DNA from: a bacterium
GTDB taxonomy: Bacteria; Krumholzibacteriota; Krumholzibacteriia; LZORAL124-64-63
Assembly: GCA_031441465.1 (NCBI GenBank)
Contig: JANOEP010000046.1
Coordinates: forward strand, 69,359-133,358
Direction of reading: 5' to 3'
Length of the DNA stretch: 64,000 bases
In this document: positions 54,441 through 64,000 of the stretch, piece by piece
Layout of the letters: every line of letters starts with the position of its first letter
How positions within the stretch are numbered: the stretch's first letter is position 1
Notes under the pieces: model-generated
The model's input: the letters and a program-made list of their open reading frames with translations, nothing else
Databases searched by the model: none
What the model was told of the DNA's origin: nothing
Position numbers and translations under genes: made by a program

Positions 54441-56008
54441 CGGTCCCCCTTCAACGCCGCGATCGCGGCGGCGGTCTGGTCAGCAGGCTCCCGGACGGCC
54501 AACCCGTACGTGGATTCGGTCGGACGGACGGCGGCGACGGGAGCCAGGATCCGCTCGAGCGAGGGCTCCAACCGCTCCAGCAGCGGTGCAGGGTGGACGC
54601 CCAGCACCACGATCATGATCAGGATGGGCAGCAGGACGGCCCACTCGCGCGGGCTGAGGTCCGGCAGGTCGCGGTTGCGTTCGCCGAGCTTGCCCAGGAA
54701 CACGCGCTGGTACATCCAGAGCATGTAGATGGCGCCCAGCACGACGCCGGTGGCCGCCAGAGCCGTCAGCAGGCGGGCGTGCGGCAGCAGCCGGCTGCCG
54801 AAGGTGCCGAACAGGATCAGGAACTCGCCGGTGAAACCGCAGAGGCCGGGCAGCCCGATGCTGGCCAGGGTCACGAACAGGAACACCGCGGCGTAGCGCG
54901 GCATCGCGTGGGCGAGGCCGCCGAACTCCGAGATCAGGCGCGTGTGGCGCCGCTCGTAGACCATCCCCACCAGCAGGAAGAGCGCCCCGGTCGACAGGCC
55001 GTGGGCCAGCATCTGCACCACGCCGCCGGCGGCGCCGGTCACCGTCAGGCTGAACAGGCCCAGCACCACGAAGCCCAGGTGGCTGACGCTCGAGTAGGCC
55101 ACGAGCTTCTTGACGTCCTGCTGGACCATGGCCACCAGGGCCCCGTAGACCACCCCGATCACGGCCAGCCAGGCGAGCCAGGGGCCGAGCGACAGCGCGG
55201 CCAGGGGGAACAGCGGGATCGCGAAGCGCAGCAGGCCGTAGGTGCCCATCTTCAGCAGGATGCCGGCCAGGATGACCGAGCCGGCGGTCGGCGCCTCGAC
55301 GTGGGCGTCGGGCAGCCAGGTGTGGAAGGGGAACAGGGGCACCTTGATCGCGAAGGCCAGCGCGAAGGCGAGGAACAGCCACGACTGCTGCCCGCGCGAC
55401 AGTTCGAGTTGCAGGAAGTCGGCCAGCGCCATGCTGCCCGCCTGCTGGTAGCACCACAGGATGGCGACCAGCATGAAGACCGACCCGACCATCGTGAACA
55501 GGAAGAACTTCACCGCGGCGTAGACGCGCCGCTCCCCGCCCCAGATGCCGATCAGGAAGTACATGGGGATCAGCATCGCCTCCCAGAACACGTAGAACAG
55601 CAGCATGTCGCGGGCCAGGAAGGTGCCGATCATCGCGGTCTGCAGCAGCAGCAGGAAGGCCATCGCCTCGCGCACGCGTTCGGTGATCGCGCGCCAGGTG
55701 CTGAGGATCACCAGGGGGCCCAGGAAGGTCGTCAGCAGGACGAGCCAGAGCGAGACCCCGTCCAGACCCAGGCTGTAGGCGATCTTGCCGCCGGCGAGCC
55801 AGGGGGCGTGCTCGACGAACTGGTCGGCGCCGTTGCCGACCGCGAAGTGGCGCAGCAGGTGCAGGGAGAGGACGAAGTCGGCCAGCGCCGCGCCCAGGGC
55901 GAGCCGTCTGGCCGCGCCGGGGCTGCGCCCCGCCAGCAGGACCAGGACGGCCCCGAGCGCGGGCGCGAAGGCGACCCAGCTCAGAATGTGGTCCGTGATG
56001 AAAGCCAA
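54437..56008 (-). CDS. nuoM: NADH-quinone oxidoreductase subunit M
   Basis: Antiporter-like subunit (...PLFPFHTWLPDAHVEAPTAGSVILAGILLK...). 4-nt overlap with nuoN. Confidence 0.9.
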   Translation of the reverse strand: MAFITDHILSWVAFAPALGAVLVLLAGRSPGAARRLALGAALADFVLSLHLLRHFAVGNGADQFVEHAPWLAGGKIAYSLGLDGVSLWLVLLTTFLGPLVILSTWRAITERVREAMAFLLLLQTAMIGTFLARDMLLFYVFWEAMLIPMYFLIGIWGGERRVYAAVKFFLFTMVGSVFMLVAILWCYQQAGSMALADFLQLELSRGQQSWLFLAFALAFAIKVPLFPFHTWLPDAHVEAPTAGSVILAGILLKMGTYGLLRFAIPLFPLAALSLGPWLAWLAVIGVVYGALVAMVQQDVKKLVAYSSVSHLGFVVLGLFSLTVTGAAGGVVQMLAHGLSTGALFLLVGMVYERRHTRLISEFGGLAHAMPRYAAVFLFVTLASIGLPGLCGFTGEFLILFGTFGSRLLPHARLLTALAATGVVLGAIYMLWMYQRVFLGKLGERNRDLPDLSPREWAVLLPILIMIVVLGVHPAPLLERLEPSLERILAPVAAVRPTESTYGLAVREPADQTAAAIAALKGDR

Positions 56009-56021
56009 GGCCGGCCCTCCC

Positions 56022-57995
<1,974 letters not shown>

Positions 57996-57999
57996 GGCG

Positions 58000-58305
58000 T
58001 CACTCCATCAGCGTGTTGAGGTCGTCCACGTTCACCGACCGGCGCAGCCGGTAGATCTCCACCAGGATGGCCAGGCCGATGGCCGCCTCGGCGGCCGCGA
58101 CGGCGAAGACCATCAGCACGAAGACGTGACCCGCCAGGTCGCCGTGCAGGCGCGAGTAGGCGGCGAACACGAGGTTCGCGGCGCTGAGCATGATCTCGAT
58201 GCTCATGAACATGATCAGGCTGTTGCGGCGGATCAGGACGCCGGCCATCCCGACCAGGAACAGCGCCGCCGCCAGCACGAGGTAGTGCGTCAGTCCCACG
58301 GTCAC
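58000..58305 (-). CDS. nuoK: NADH-quinone oxidoreductase subunit K
   Basis: 101 aa and three TM helices (LVGMAGVLIRRNSLIMFMSIEIMLSAANL...AAAEAAIGLAIL). Confidence 0.9.
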   Translation of the reverse strand: MTVGLTHYLVLAAALFLVGMAGVLIRRNSLIMFMSIEIMLSAANLVFAAYSRLHGDLAGHVFVLMVFAVAAAEAAIGLAILVEIYRLRRSVNVDDLNTLME

Positions 58306-58805
58306 GGCAGAACCTCCTGCTTGCGGCCCAGCGCCATCACGCCCACGATCGCCACCAGCAGCACGATCGAGATCAGTTCGAACGCCAGGAGGTAGCGGTT
58401 CAGCAGCAGGGACGCCACGGCCGCGGCGGTGCCCGTCACCGGCGTCGCGCCGAAGGCCGCCTCGCGGCCCCGCACCGCCCAGCTGATCAGGATCACCGCG
58501 ATGGCGGCGGCGGGCAGGGCCAGCACGACCTTGCGCCCGACGGTGCGTCCCGCGACCTCCGCCGGCAGGACCGGACCCTGCAGCATCATGATCACGAACA
58601 GGAACAGCACCATGATGGCGCCCGCGTAGATCAGGATCTGCAGGATGGCCAGGAACGGCGCCGCGAGCAGGGCGAAGACGCCGGCGGCGCAGACGAAGCT
58701 GAACACCAGCCAGACGGCCGCCGCCACGGCGCTGCGGCTCGCGACGGTCATCGCCGCCGCGCCCAGCATCAGCCCCCCGAAGAGGTAGAAGAGGATCGTC
58801 TCCAC
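58302..58805 (-). CDS. nuoJ: NADH-quinone oxidoreductase subunit J
   Basis: METILFYLFGGLMLGAAAMTV...ILIYAGAIMVLFLFVIMML. Confidence 0.88.
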   Translation of the reverse strand: METILFYLFGGLMLGAAAMTVASRSAVAAAVWLVFSFVCAAGVFALLAAPFLAILQILIYAGAIMVLFLFVIMMLQGPVLPAEVAGRTVGRKVVLALPAAAIAVILISWAVRGREAAFGATPVTGTAAAVASLLLNRYLLAFELISIVLLVAIVGVMALGRKQEVLP

Positions 58806-58826
58806 GTCAGTCGCCTCCCCGCGCCG

Positions 58827-59324
58827 TCAGCGCGTGCCGTCCGTCGTGTTGTTCAGCAGGAATTCCTTGTCGACCCAGAACTTCGCGCGGCTGTCGGCCG
58901 CGAGGTCGTAGATGCCCGTGTCCATGCGGATGGCGTCGCAGGGGCACGCCTCCTCGCAGAGCCCGCAGTAGACGCAGCGCAGCAGGTCGATCTCGAAACT
59001 GGCCGGCGCCTTCTCGATCGCGGGGTCGGGATGCTCCTCGGCCACGATATGGATGCAGTCCGCGGGGCAGGCGGTGCTGCACATCATGCAGGCCACGCAG
59101 CGCGGGGTGCCGTCCTCGCGCTTCATCAGCCGGTGCCGCCCGCGGAAACGCTCGCTGTAGACGCGGCGCTCCTCCGGATACTGCAAGGTGGGGAGGTCCC
59201 CGGTGTGCAGGAGGTTGCGGATCACGTGCCGGATCGTGATGCCGAGCCCGCGGAAGATTTCGACCAGGTACAGGCGCTCCCAGAGCGTCATCCTGCCGCC
59301 GTAGCCGTGGACTTTCCCGTTCAT
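58827..59324 (-). CDS. nuoI: NADH-quinone oxidoreductase subunit I (2x[4Fe-4S] ferredoxin-type)
   Basis: Two CxxCxxCxxxCP motifs (CVACMMCSTACPADC, CVYCGLCEEACPCDA). Confidence 0.9.
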   Translation of the reverse strand: MNGKVHGYGGRMTLWERLYLVEIFRGLGITIRHVIRNLLHTGDLPTLQYPEERRVYSERFRGRHRLMKREDGTPRCVACMMCSTACPADCIHIVAEEHPDPAIEKAPASFEIDLLRCVYCGLCEEACPCDAIRMDTGIYDLAADSRAKFWVDKEFLLNNTTDGTR

Positions 59325-59355
59325 GCTATTGCTATCCCTCCCGGCGGACCGGTAC

Positions 59356-60627
59356 TCAGACGAACGCCACGACCACCGCGGTCACGACCAGGTTGGCCAG
59401 CGCCAGCGGCAGCATCACCTTCCAGCCCAGGTGCATGAGCTGGTCGTAGCGGAAGCGCGGCAGGGTCCAGCGCACCCAGATGAAGAACCAGCAGAAGAAG
59501 ACGACCTTGCCCACGAAGGCGCCGACCTGCAGCACGGTCGCCAGCAGCGAGGCGCCGGCGGGGCCGATCTCCCAGGGCCGCAGGGCGAACGCGGCGAGGC
59601 CGGCCAGCCAGGCCAGGATGCAGACGCCGGCCATCAGCCCCGGCTCGCGGTCGCGCCCGTCGCCGAACTTGCCGCGCTCACGGGACGCCCGCCGCAGGTA
59701 GAGCGCGGCGGCCAGGGCGCAGACCGCGACGTGGGCGCCCAGCAGCAGCGGCAGCAGGACGCCGGCGCGGGCTTCGATGACCGCGCGGGACAGCCAGGGA
59801 AGGTTCCAGCCGCCGAAGTAGAGGGTCGCGATCAGGGCCGACGCCACGACCAGGTTCGTGTACTCGGCCATGAAGAACAGGGCGAACTTCATCGAGCTGT
59901 ACTCGAGGTGGTAACCGGATACCAGCTCCGACTCGCCCTCGGGCAGGTCGAAGGGGTTGCGGTTGGTCTCGGCGAAGGCGGCGGTCATGAACAGGATCGC
60001 GCCCAGGGGCTGGATCACCACGCCCCAGCGCGGCAGGAATCCCCAGAGCAGGACGCCCTGGCCGGCCACGACGTCGGTCAGGCGCAGGGACTGGCTGACC
60101 AGCAGCAGGCCCATCAGCGCCAGGCCCATGCTGATCTCGTAGCTGATCATCTGCGACGTGGAGCGCACGGCCCCGAGGAAGGTGTACTTGTTGTTGGAGG
60201 CCCAGCCGCCCATGACGATGCCGTAGGTGCCCAGGCTGGCGATGGCCAGCACGTAGAGGATCCCCACGTCGAGGTCGGCCACCACCAGGGGGATCCGGCG
60301 GCCGCCGACCTCCAGGTAGTCGCCGAAGGGGATCACCGCATAGGTCAGCAGGGAGACGAAGAAGACCAGGAACGGCGCCAGCGCGTACATCACGCGGTGG
60401 ACTCCGGCCGGCCGCACGTCCTCCTTGAACAGGAGCTTCAGCACGTCGGCGATCGGGTGGATCAGGCCGGCGAGGCGGATGCCCGCGATGCCCGCCCGGT
60501 TCGGCCCCGTGCGGTCCTGGATGAAGGCCGAGCCCTTGCGCTCGGCCCAGATCAGCACGGGCACCAGTCCCAGGATCACCGCCAGGATGAAGGCCATCTT
60601 CAGGAAGGTCGTCAGCACGAGGTCCAT
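59356..60627 (-). CDS. nuoH: NADH-quinone oxidoreductase subunit H, with an ~80-aa insertion predicted to add two TM helices
   Basis: GPNRAGIAGIRLAGLIHPIADVLKLLFKED... and a C-terminal IWVRWTLPRFRYDQLMHLGWK motif. ATG chosen one codon inside the track ORF (TGATG overlap with nuoG). Confidence 0.88.
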   Translation of the reverse strand: MDLVLTTFLKMAFILAVILGLVPVLIWAERKGSAFIQDRTGPNRAGIAGIRLAGLIHPIADVLKLLFKEDVRPAGVHRVMYALAPFLVFFVSLLTYAVIPFGDYLEVGGRRIPLVVADLDVGILYVLAIASLGTYGIVMGGWASNNKYTFLGAVRSTSQMISYEISMGLALMGLLLVSQSLRLTDVVAGQGVLLWGFLPRWGVVIQPLGAILFMTAAFAETNRNPFDLPEGESELVSGYHLEYSSMKFALFFMAEYTNLVVASALIATLYFGGWNLPWLSRAVIEARAGVLLPLLLGAHVAVCALAAALYLRRASRERGKFGDGRDREPGLMAGVCILAWLAGLAAFALRPWEIGPAGASLLATVLQVGAFVGKVVFFCWFFIWVRWTLPRFRYDQLMHLGWKVMLPLALANLVVTAVVVAFV

Positions 60628-62213
60628 CACCGCTCACCTCCGTGGCCCGCCGCGACGGCGTCGGGCACCAGACCTTCGGGCGGCAGGACGTTGAGGTCGA
60701 CGCCCGCCAGGGCGGGCACGCGCGCGGCGACCCAGCCTCGCAGCTCCGGCAGGGAGACCGGGGCGTCCGTCTCGCCCGTCGCCGTCAGCCAGTCGGCCAG
60801 GAAGCGCCAGTCCTCCTGGGCGAGACCGGGGCGCACGATCGCGCGGCGCGACGCCTGCACGCGGCCCTGACGGTTGACGAGGAGCCCGTCCTTCTCCGCC
60901 CAGGCGCTCAGCGGGATCACGACCTCCGCCGCCTCGGCGGTGGCGCCGCGGCGGGTGCCGAGGTGGATCACGGTCCGGCCGGCGACCGCTTCGCACCAGC
61001 CGGGTGCGTCGGCGACGGGATCGGCGCCGTAGACCAGCACGGCGCCCCGGGTGGCGCGCACGCGCGCCGCGAGGTCGGCCCCCGCCGGTTCCTCGAGGCC
61101 GAGCCAGGACAGCGACGCGCGGTTGGGGGCGCGGTCGGCGCTCACCAGCAGGTCGTCGCCCTCGCCGCGGTCGGCCTCGCGGGGGCCGCCGCTGACGGCC
61201 GCCGGCGCCGCGCCCAGGGCCGCGGCCAGGTGCGTGAACAGGGCGATCTCTTCCAGGGTCTGCCGGGGCGCCACCACGGCGAAGCCCAGCGGCGCGTCGC
61301 GGCCGACGAGCCCGGCCAGCGCTTCCCAGGCCTCGGGCCAGGTCGCGGCCCGCAGCGCGCCGTCGCGCCTCAGCAGGGGCTCGCGCAGGCGGTCCGCGGC
61401 GTGGAGCGGCCGGTAGGTGTCGCGGCCCTCGTCGCACATCCAGGCGCCGTTGACCGCCGGGTTGCGGCGCGGTTTCAGCCGGTAGACGGTGCCGGCCTCG
61501 TGGTCGACGCGCACGTTGCAGCCGGTGGCGCAGCCGTGGCAGATCGAGGGCGTGCTCTTGAGCAGCCAGACCCGCTTCTTGAAGCGGAAATCCAGGCTGG
61601 TGAGCGCGCCGACCGGGCAGATGTCGACCGTGTTCAGGCTGTAGGCGTTGTCGAGCTGGCGGCCGGGGGCGACGCCGATCTCGGCGCGGTCCCCGCGGTT
61701 GAAGATGCCCAGTTCGCCGGTGCGGGTGACCTCGTCGCAGAAGCGCACGCAGCGGCTGCAGAGCACGCAGCGCTCCTTGTCCAGCACGACGCGCGGCCCG
61801 ATGACCTGCACCTTGGCCTTGTGCACCTTGTCCGACATGCCCACCTCGGACTCGTAGAGCCCGTAGGTCATGTACTGGTCCTGCAGGCCGCACTCGCCGG
61901 CCTGGTCGCAGATCGGGCAGTCGACGGGGTGGTTGATGAGGTGCATCTCCAGGATCTGCTGCGCCGCCCGGCGCACCTTCTCGCTGCGGGTGTGCACGAC
62001 CATGCCCTCGCGCACCGCCGTGTTGCAGGCGATGGTCAGCTTGGGCATCCCCTCCACCTCGACCTGGCAGAGGCGGCAGACGCCGGCCACGGACAGGTCG
62101 GGGTGGTAGCAGAAGTGGGGCAGCGCCTCGCCGCGCGCCTCGCGGCAGGCGTCGAACAGCGACGTGCCCGCGGCGAACTCCAGCTCCCGGCCGTCGATCG
62201 TCACCTTGACCAT
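60627..62213 (-). CDS. nuoG: NADH-quinone oxidoreductase subunit G (short form, 528 aa)
   Basis: MVKVTIDGRELEF...HFCYHPDLSVAGVCRLCQVEV (2Fe-2S), HPVDCPICDQAGECGLQD, CVLCSRCVRFC (4Fe-4S). Start placed at Met18 after an AGGAG Shine-Dalgarno sequence. Confidence 0.88.
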   Translation of the reverse strand: MVKVTIDGRELEFAAGTSLFDACREARGEALPHFCYHPDLSVAGVCRLCQVEVEGMPKLTIACNTAVREGMVVHTRSEKVRRAAQQILEMHLINHPVDCPICDQAGECGLQDQYMTYGLYESEVGMSDKVHKAKVQVIGPRVVLDKERCVLCSRCVRFCDEVTRTGELGIFNRGDRAEIGVAPGRQLDNAYSLNTVDICPVGALTSLDFRFKKRVWLLKSTPSICHGCATGCNVRVDHEAGTVYRLKPRRNPAVNGAWMCDEGRDTYRPLHAADRLREPLLRRDGALRAATWPEAWEALAGLVGRDAPLGFAVVAPRQTLEEIALFTHLAAALGAAPAAVSGGPREADRGEGDDLLVSADRAPNRASLSWLGLEEPAGADLAARVRATRGAVLVYGADPVADAPGWCEAVAGRTVIHLGTRRGATAEAAEVVIPLSAWAEKDGLLVNRQGRVQASRRAIVRPGLAQEDWRFLADWLTATGETDAPVSLPELRGWVAARVPALAGVDLNVLPPEGLVPDAVAAGHGGER

Positions 62214-62217
62214 GGGC

Positions 62218-63522
62218 TCAACTCCTGATCTCCCGCGCCCAGCGGGAGTCGGGTTCGGTCGCACGGCGCCCCGCGGCCAGCGCCTCGAATTCCGGCCGGA
62301 AACGCTGCAGGAAGCTGCGCATCGGCATCACGGCCGCGTCCGCCAGCGGGCAGATCGTCAGGCCGGCCATGCCCTCGCAGACCTTTTCCAGCAGCGCGAG
62401 GTCTTCCGGCGCGCCCTCGCCCCGGCGCAGGCGCTGGACGATCTTGTGCAACCAGCCCGTCCCTTCGCGGCAGGGCGTGCACTGGCCGCACGATTCGTCC
62501 CAGTAGAAGTGCATCAGGACCTGGATCAGCTCCACCATGTCGCAGCGCTGCGGGATGATGATCATGCCGCCGGAGCCGAGCATGGTGCCGGCCGTGGCCA
62601 GGGACTCGTAGTCCAGCGCGACCTCCATGGCCTCCGCCGCGGTCAGCACCGGAACCGACGAGCCGCCCACGATCACGGCCTTCAACTCTTCGCCGTCGGC
62701 CATGCCGCCCAGCCAGTCATCGAAGAACTCGCGGAACGGCAGGCCCAGGGGGATCTCATGGACGCCGGGCCGGCGGACCGGACCGCTGACGCTGAACAGC
62801 TTCGTGCCGGGCGACTTCTCGGTACCGAACTTCCGGTAGGCGGTCGCCCCGTGCTCGAGGATCCACGGCACGGCGGCCACGGTCTCGACGTTGTTGACGA
62901 TGGTCGGTTTGCCCAGGAAACCGCTGACGGCCGGGAACGGCGGCTTGATGTTCGGCTGGCCCTTCAAGCCGGTCACCGAATTGATCAGGCCCGTCTCCTC
63001 GCCGCAGATGTAGGCGCCGGCGCCCTTGTGCACGATCATCTCGAGTTCGTAGGCGCCGCCGAAGGCGCCGCGGCCGAGGTAGCCGGCGGCGTAGGCCTCG
63101 TCCACAGCCTTTTGCACGCGGTCGATCAGCCAGCCGAACTCGCCGCGGATGTAGATCACGCAGAGCTTCGCCCCGACCGCGAACGAGGAGATCGCCGAGC
63201 CCTCGATCACCGCGTGCGGGTCGTAGTCCAGCAGGAAGCGGTCCTTGAAGGTGCCCGGCTCGGACTCGTCGGCGTTGACCATGAAGTAGACCGTCTCGGC
63301 GCCCTGCGGCACGAAGCCCCACTTCACGCCCGCGGGGAAGCCGGCGCCGCCGCGGCCGCGCAGGCCCGAGGCCTTGACCTCTTCGCGGACGGCGACGGCG
63401 CCCAGCTCGCCGACCGCCCGGCGCAAAGCGCGGTAGCCGCCGTCGGCCTCGTACGCCGCCAGCCGGTGGCCGTCGCGGCGGTCGAAGCGTCGCGAGAGGA
63501 TCCGGTACTGATCCTGGTTCAT
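62218..63522 (-). CDS. nuoF: NADH-quinone oxidoreductase subunit F (NADH/FMN-binding, 4Fe-4S)
   Basis: GRGGAGFPAGVKW, YICGEETGLINS, CGQCTPCREG. Confidence 0.92.
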   Translation of the reverse strand: MNQDQYRILSRRFDRRDGHRLAAYEADGGYRALRRAVGELGAVAVREEVKASGLRGRGGAGFPAGVKWGFVPQGAETVYFMVNADESEPGTFKDRFLLDYDPHAVIEGSAISSFAVGAKLCVIYIRGEFGWLIDRVQKAVDEAYAAGYLGRGAFGGAYELEMIVHKGAGAYICGEETGLINSVTGLKGQPNIKPPFPAVSGFLGKPTIVNNVETVAAVPWILEHGATAYRKFGTEKSPGTKLFSVSGPVRRPGVHEIPLGLPFREFFDDWLGGMADGEELKAVIVGGSSVPVLTAAEAMEVALDYESLATAGTMLGSGGMIIIPQRCDMVELIQVLMHFYWDESCGQCTPCREGTGWLHKIVQRLRRGEGAPEDLALLEKVCEGMAGLTICPLADAAVMPMRSFLQRFRPEFEALAAGRRATEPDSRWAREIRS

Positions 63523-63523
63523 C

Positions 63524-64000
63524 CTAGTCCTCCAGATCCCGGTCGGTGTCCGGCCGGGGAGGATCGCTCCGGCGCAGGCCGTCGACGAGGGCGTCGGCCC
63601 TTTCGGGAGTCAGGTGCTCGTAGAGGTGCTTGCCCAGCTGCAAGCAGGGACCCATGCCGCAGGCGCCGAGGCACTCGACGCCCTCCAGGGCGAATTCGCC
63701 GTCGGGCGTCGCCTCCCCCCTGCGGATCCCCAGCTTCCCCTCGAGGTGGGCCAGCAGCGGCTGCGCGCCCATGATGTGGCAGCTGATGTTGTGGCAGACC
63801 TGCAGGACGTGGCGGGCCTGCGGCCGGTCGCGGTACATGGAGTAGAACGAGATGACCTCGCGGACCTTGGCCTCGGACAGCTCGAGCTGAGCCGCCGTCC
63901 AGGTGACGGCGGCGTCCGAGAGGTGGCCGTCGCGGTCCTGGATCAGCCACAGGGTCGGCATCAGCGCGCTGCGCCGCGTCGGGTAGCGCGCCAGGACGTC
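63524..64000 (-). CDS. nuoE: NADH-quinone oxidoreductase subunit E; only the 3' part of the gene is in the window (protein N-terminus lies beyond the right edge)
   Basis: ...VISFYSMY...CHNISCHIMGAQ...CLGACGMGPC is the 2Fe-2S thioredoxin-like 24-kDa subunit. The reading frame stays open through position 64000 (DVLARYPTRRSALMPTLW...), so the track's Met is internal. Confidence 0.85.
   Translation of the reverse strand, partial: DVLARYPTRRSALMPTLWLIQDRDGHLSDAAVTWTAAQLELSEAKVREVISFYSMYRDRPQARHVLQVCHNISCHIMGAQPLLAHLEGKLGIRRGEATPDGEFALEGVECLGACGMGPCLQLGKHLYEHLTPERADALVDGLRRSDPPRPDTDRDLED

Overview
This 64-kb window is a high-GC (~70%) bacterial chromosomal segment. I found no rRNA, tRNA, CRISPR array, integrase, transposase or other mobile-element signature. 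Nearly every real gene is on the minus strand. The long plus-strand ORFs in the track are mostly G/R/A-rich antisense artefacts of minus-strand genes. CDS starts were derived from ORF-track arithmetic and are exact; hand-placed promoter and hairpin coordinates are good to about ±2 nt.

Gene content from left to right:
- ftsK (5' part only, runs off the left edge).
- An aroQ-efp-accB-accC operon preceded by a TPR gene.
- A seven-gene co-directional run: a PhzF-fold protein, an extended acyl-CoA-dehydrogenase-like protein, a 97-aa protein and four uncharacterised membrane proteins. Six of the seven junctions are chained by 4-nt ATGA/GTGA start-stop overlaps.
- acpS and an eight-gene heptose-type glycan cluster, every junction also a 1-4 nt overlap: a small polyprenyl-phosphate sugar transferase, a GT39/ArnT-like transferase, a DUF3108 protein, three GT9 heptosyltransferases (one fused to the GmhB heptose-bisphosphate phosphatase) and a GT9-like protein.
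- lon and an Hsp20 gene; a divergent HIT gene.
- A histone-H1-like nucleoid protein that has a coiled coil, an AKK-repeat tract and what looks like a C-terminal linker-histone H1/H5 globular fold.
- A lone family-5 ABC substrate-binding lipoprotein.
- Two tandem giant (~1610 and 1629 aa) paralogous surface proteins. Each has a gingipain/PorU-like peptidase-C25 domain, an FN3 domain, FG-GAP/VCBS beta-propeller repeats and a T9SS-type C-terminal sorting domain. Each has its own near-consensus sigma70 promoter.
- A five-gene glycan-assembly cassette directly upstream of them: a WaaL/PglL-like ligase, a GT1 (GT4-clan), a WecA-like initiating transferase, a SAM methyltransferase and a secreted hypothetical protein.
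- glnA behind an AT-rich island; a divergent PIN-PhoH (phoH2) gene; a lipoprotein; suhB; a divergent Nfu-type Fe-S gene; a polytopic membrane protein and a membrane sulfatase-like transferase; gcdH.
- nuoN down to nuoE of the 14-subunit complex I operon (nuoE runs off the right edge).

The T9SS-type sorting domains combined with high GC suggest an FCB-superphylum lineage such as Gemmatimonadota or a related candidate phylum; this is a tentative inference.

The most plausible undescribed systems are (1) the translationally chained ACAD-like + small protein + four-membrane-protein cassette, and (2) the giant C25/PorU-like paralog pair together with its adjacent ligase-containing glycan cassette, which may be a surface-protein anchoring or glycosylation system.
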